39,949 bases of DNA from Elusimicrobiota bacterium (GTDB taxonomy: Bacteria; Elusimicrobiota; UBA8919), in the NCBI GenBank assembly GCA_043816185.1, contig JBDRIG010000104.1, forward strand, positions 1-39,949. Reading direction: 5' to 3'. How positions within the stretch are numbered: position 1 is the stretch's first letter; each line of letters opens with the position of its first letter. This document shows, one piece after another, positions 39,774-39,949 of this stretch. Below the pieces are notes generated by a model, which was not told where the DNA came from, did not search any database, and worked only from the letters and a program-made list of their open reading frames with translations. The translations under genes were made by a program, and so were the position numbers.

Positions 39774-39949
39774 CATTGAATAGCACGCGTAAAGAGACTG
39801 TGTTATAACTCTACTTTTGGTCATCTATGGAAAAGCATGTCAAGTAGAAAATAGCATCCCCTTTGTCAAAAATCAGCATCTTTTGACACGCTTCCTTCCC
39901 GCTAAACGGGTGGAGATAAACGAATATAAATTTGTAAATGACACCAATA

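Noticed and set aside
39774..39949. mreD not seen after mreC; TGTCAAAA/TTTTGACA inverted repeat
   Set aside because: Only 176 nt remain in the window, too little to call gene loss or an IS end.

Overview
A bacterial core-genome window in which every supported gene is on the + strand; the lineage is tentatively Elusimicrobiota-like, judged by eye from the EF-Tu effector insert and protein style, not from a search. (1) 1-2927: 3' part of a 23S rRNA gene split by two group I introns (E. coli sites L1917 and L1951, 34-nt middle exon), each encoding a single-motif LAGLIDADG homing endonuclease, followed by 5S rRNA and a terminator. (2) ~3050-6100: an accessory five-gene cluster with strong GGAGGTG/GGGTGA-type ribosome-binding sites. 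It encodes a soluble MtrA/MtxA-like corrinoid protein retaining the cobalamin His, two tandem paralogous Cys-rich helical proteins, an HMA-domain + MerT-like membrane protein, and an unannotated 46-aa 7-Cys peptide. This is the best candidate for an undescribed metal-handling/methyl-transfer system. (3) 6194-39773: rplJL-rpoBC (rplKA not upstream), str, S10, spc and alpha operons, then mreBC; rpmD is absent and a Zn-ribbon gene sits between rplC and rplD. Almost every intergenic spacer of the ribosomal superoperon is expanded into a degenerate tandem-repeat hairpin with recurring end motifs. Related palindromes appear to be inserted in frame into L10, RpoB and RpoC.
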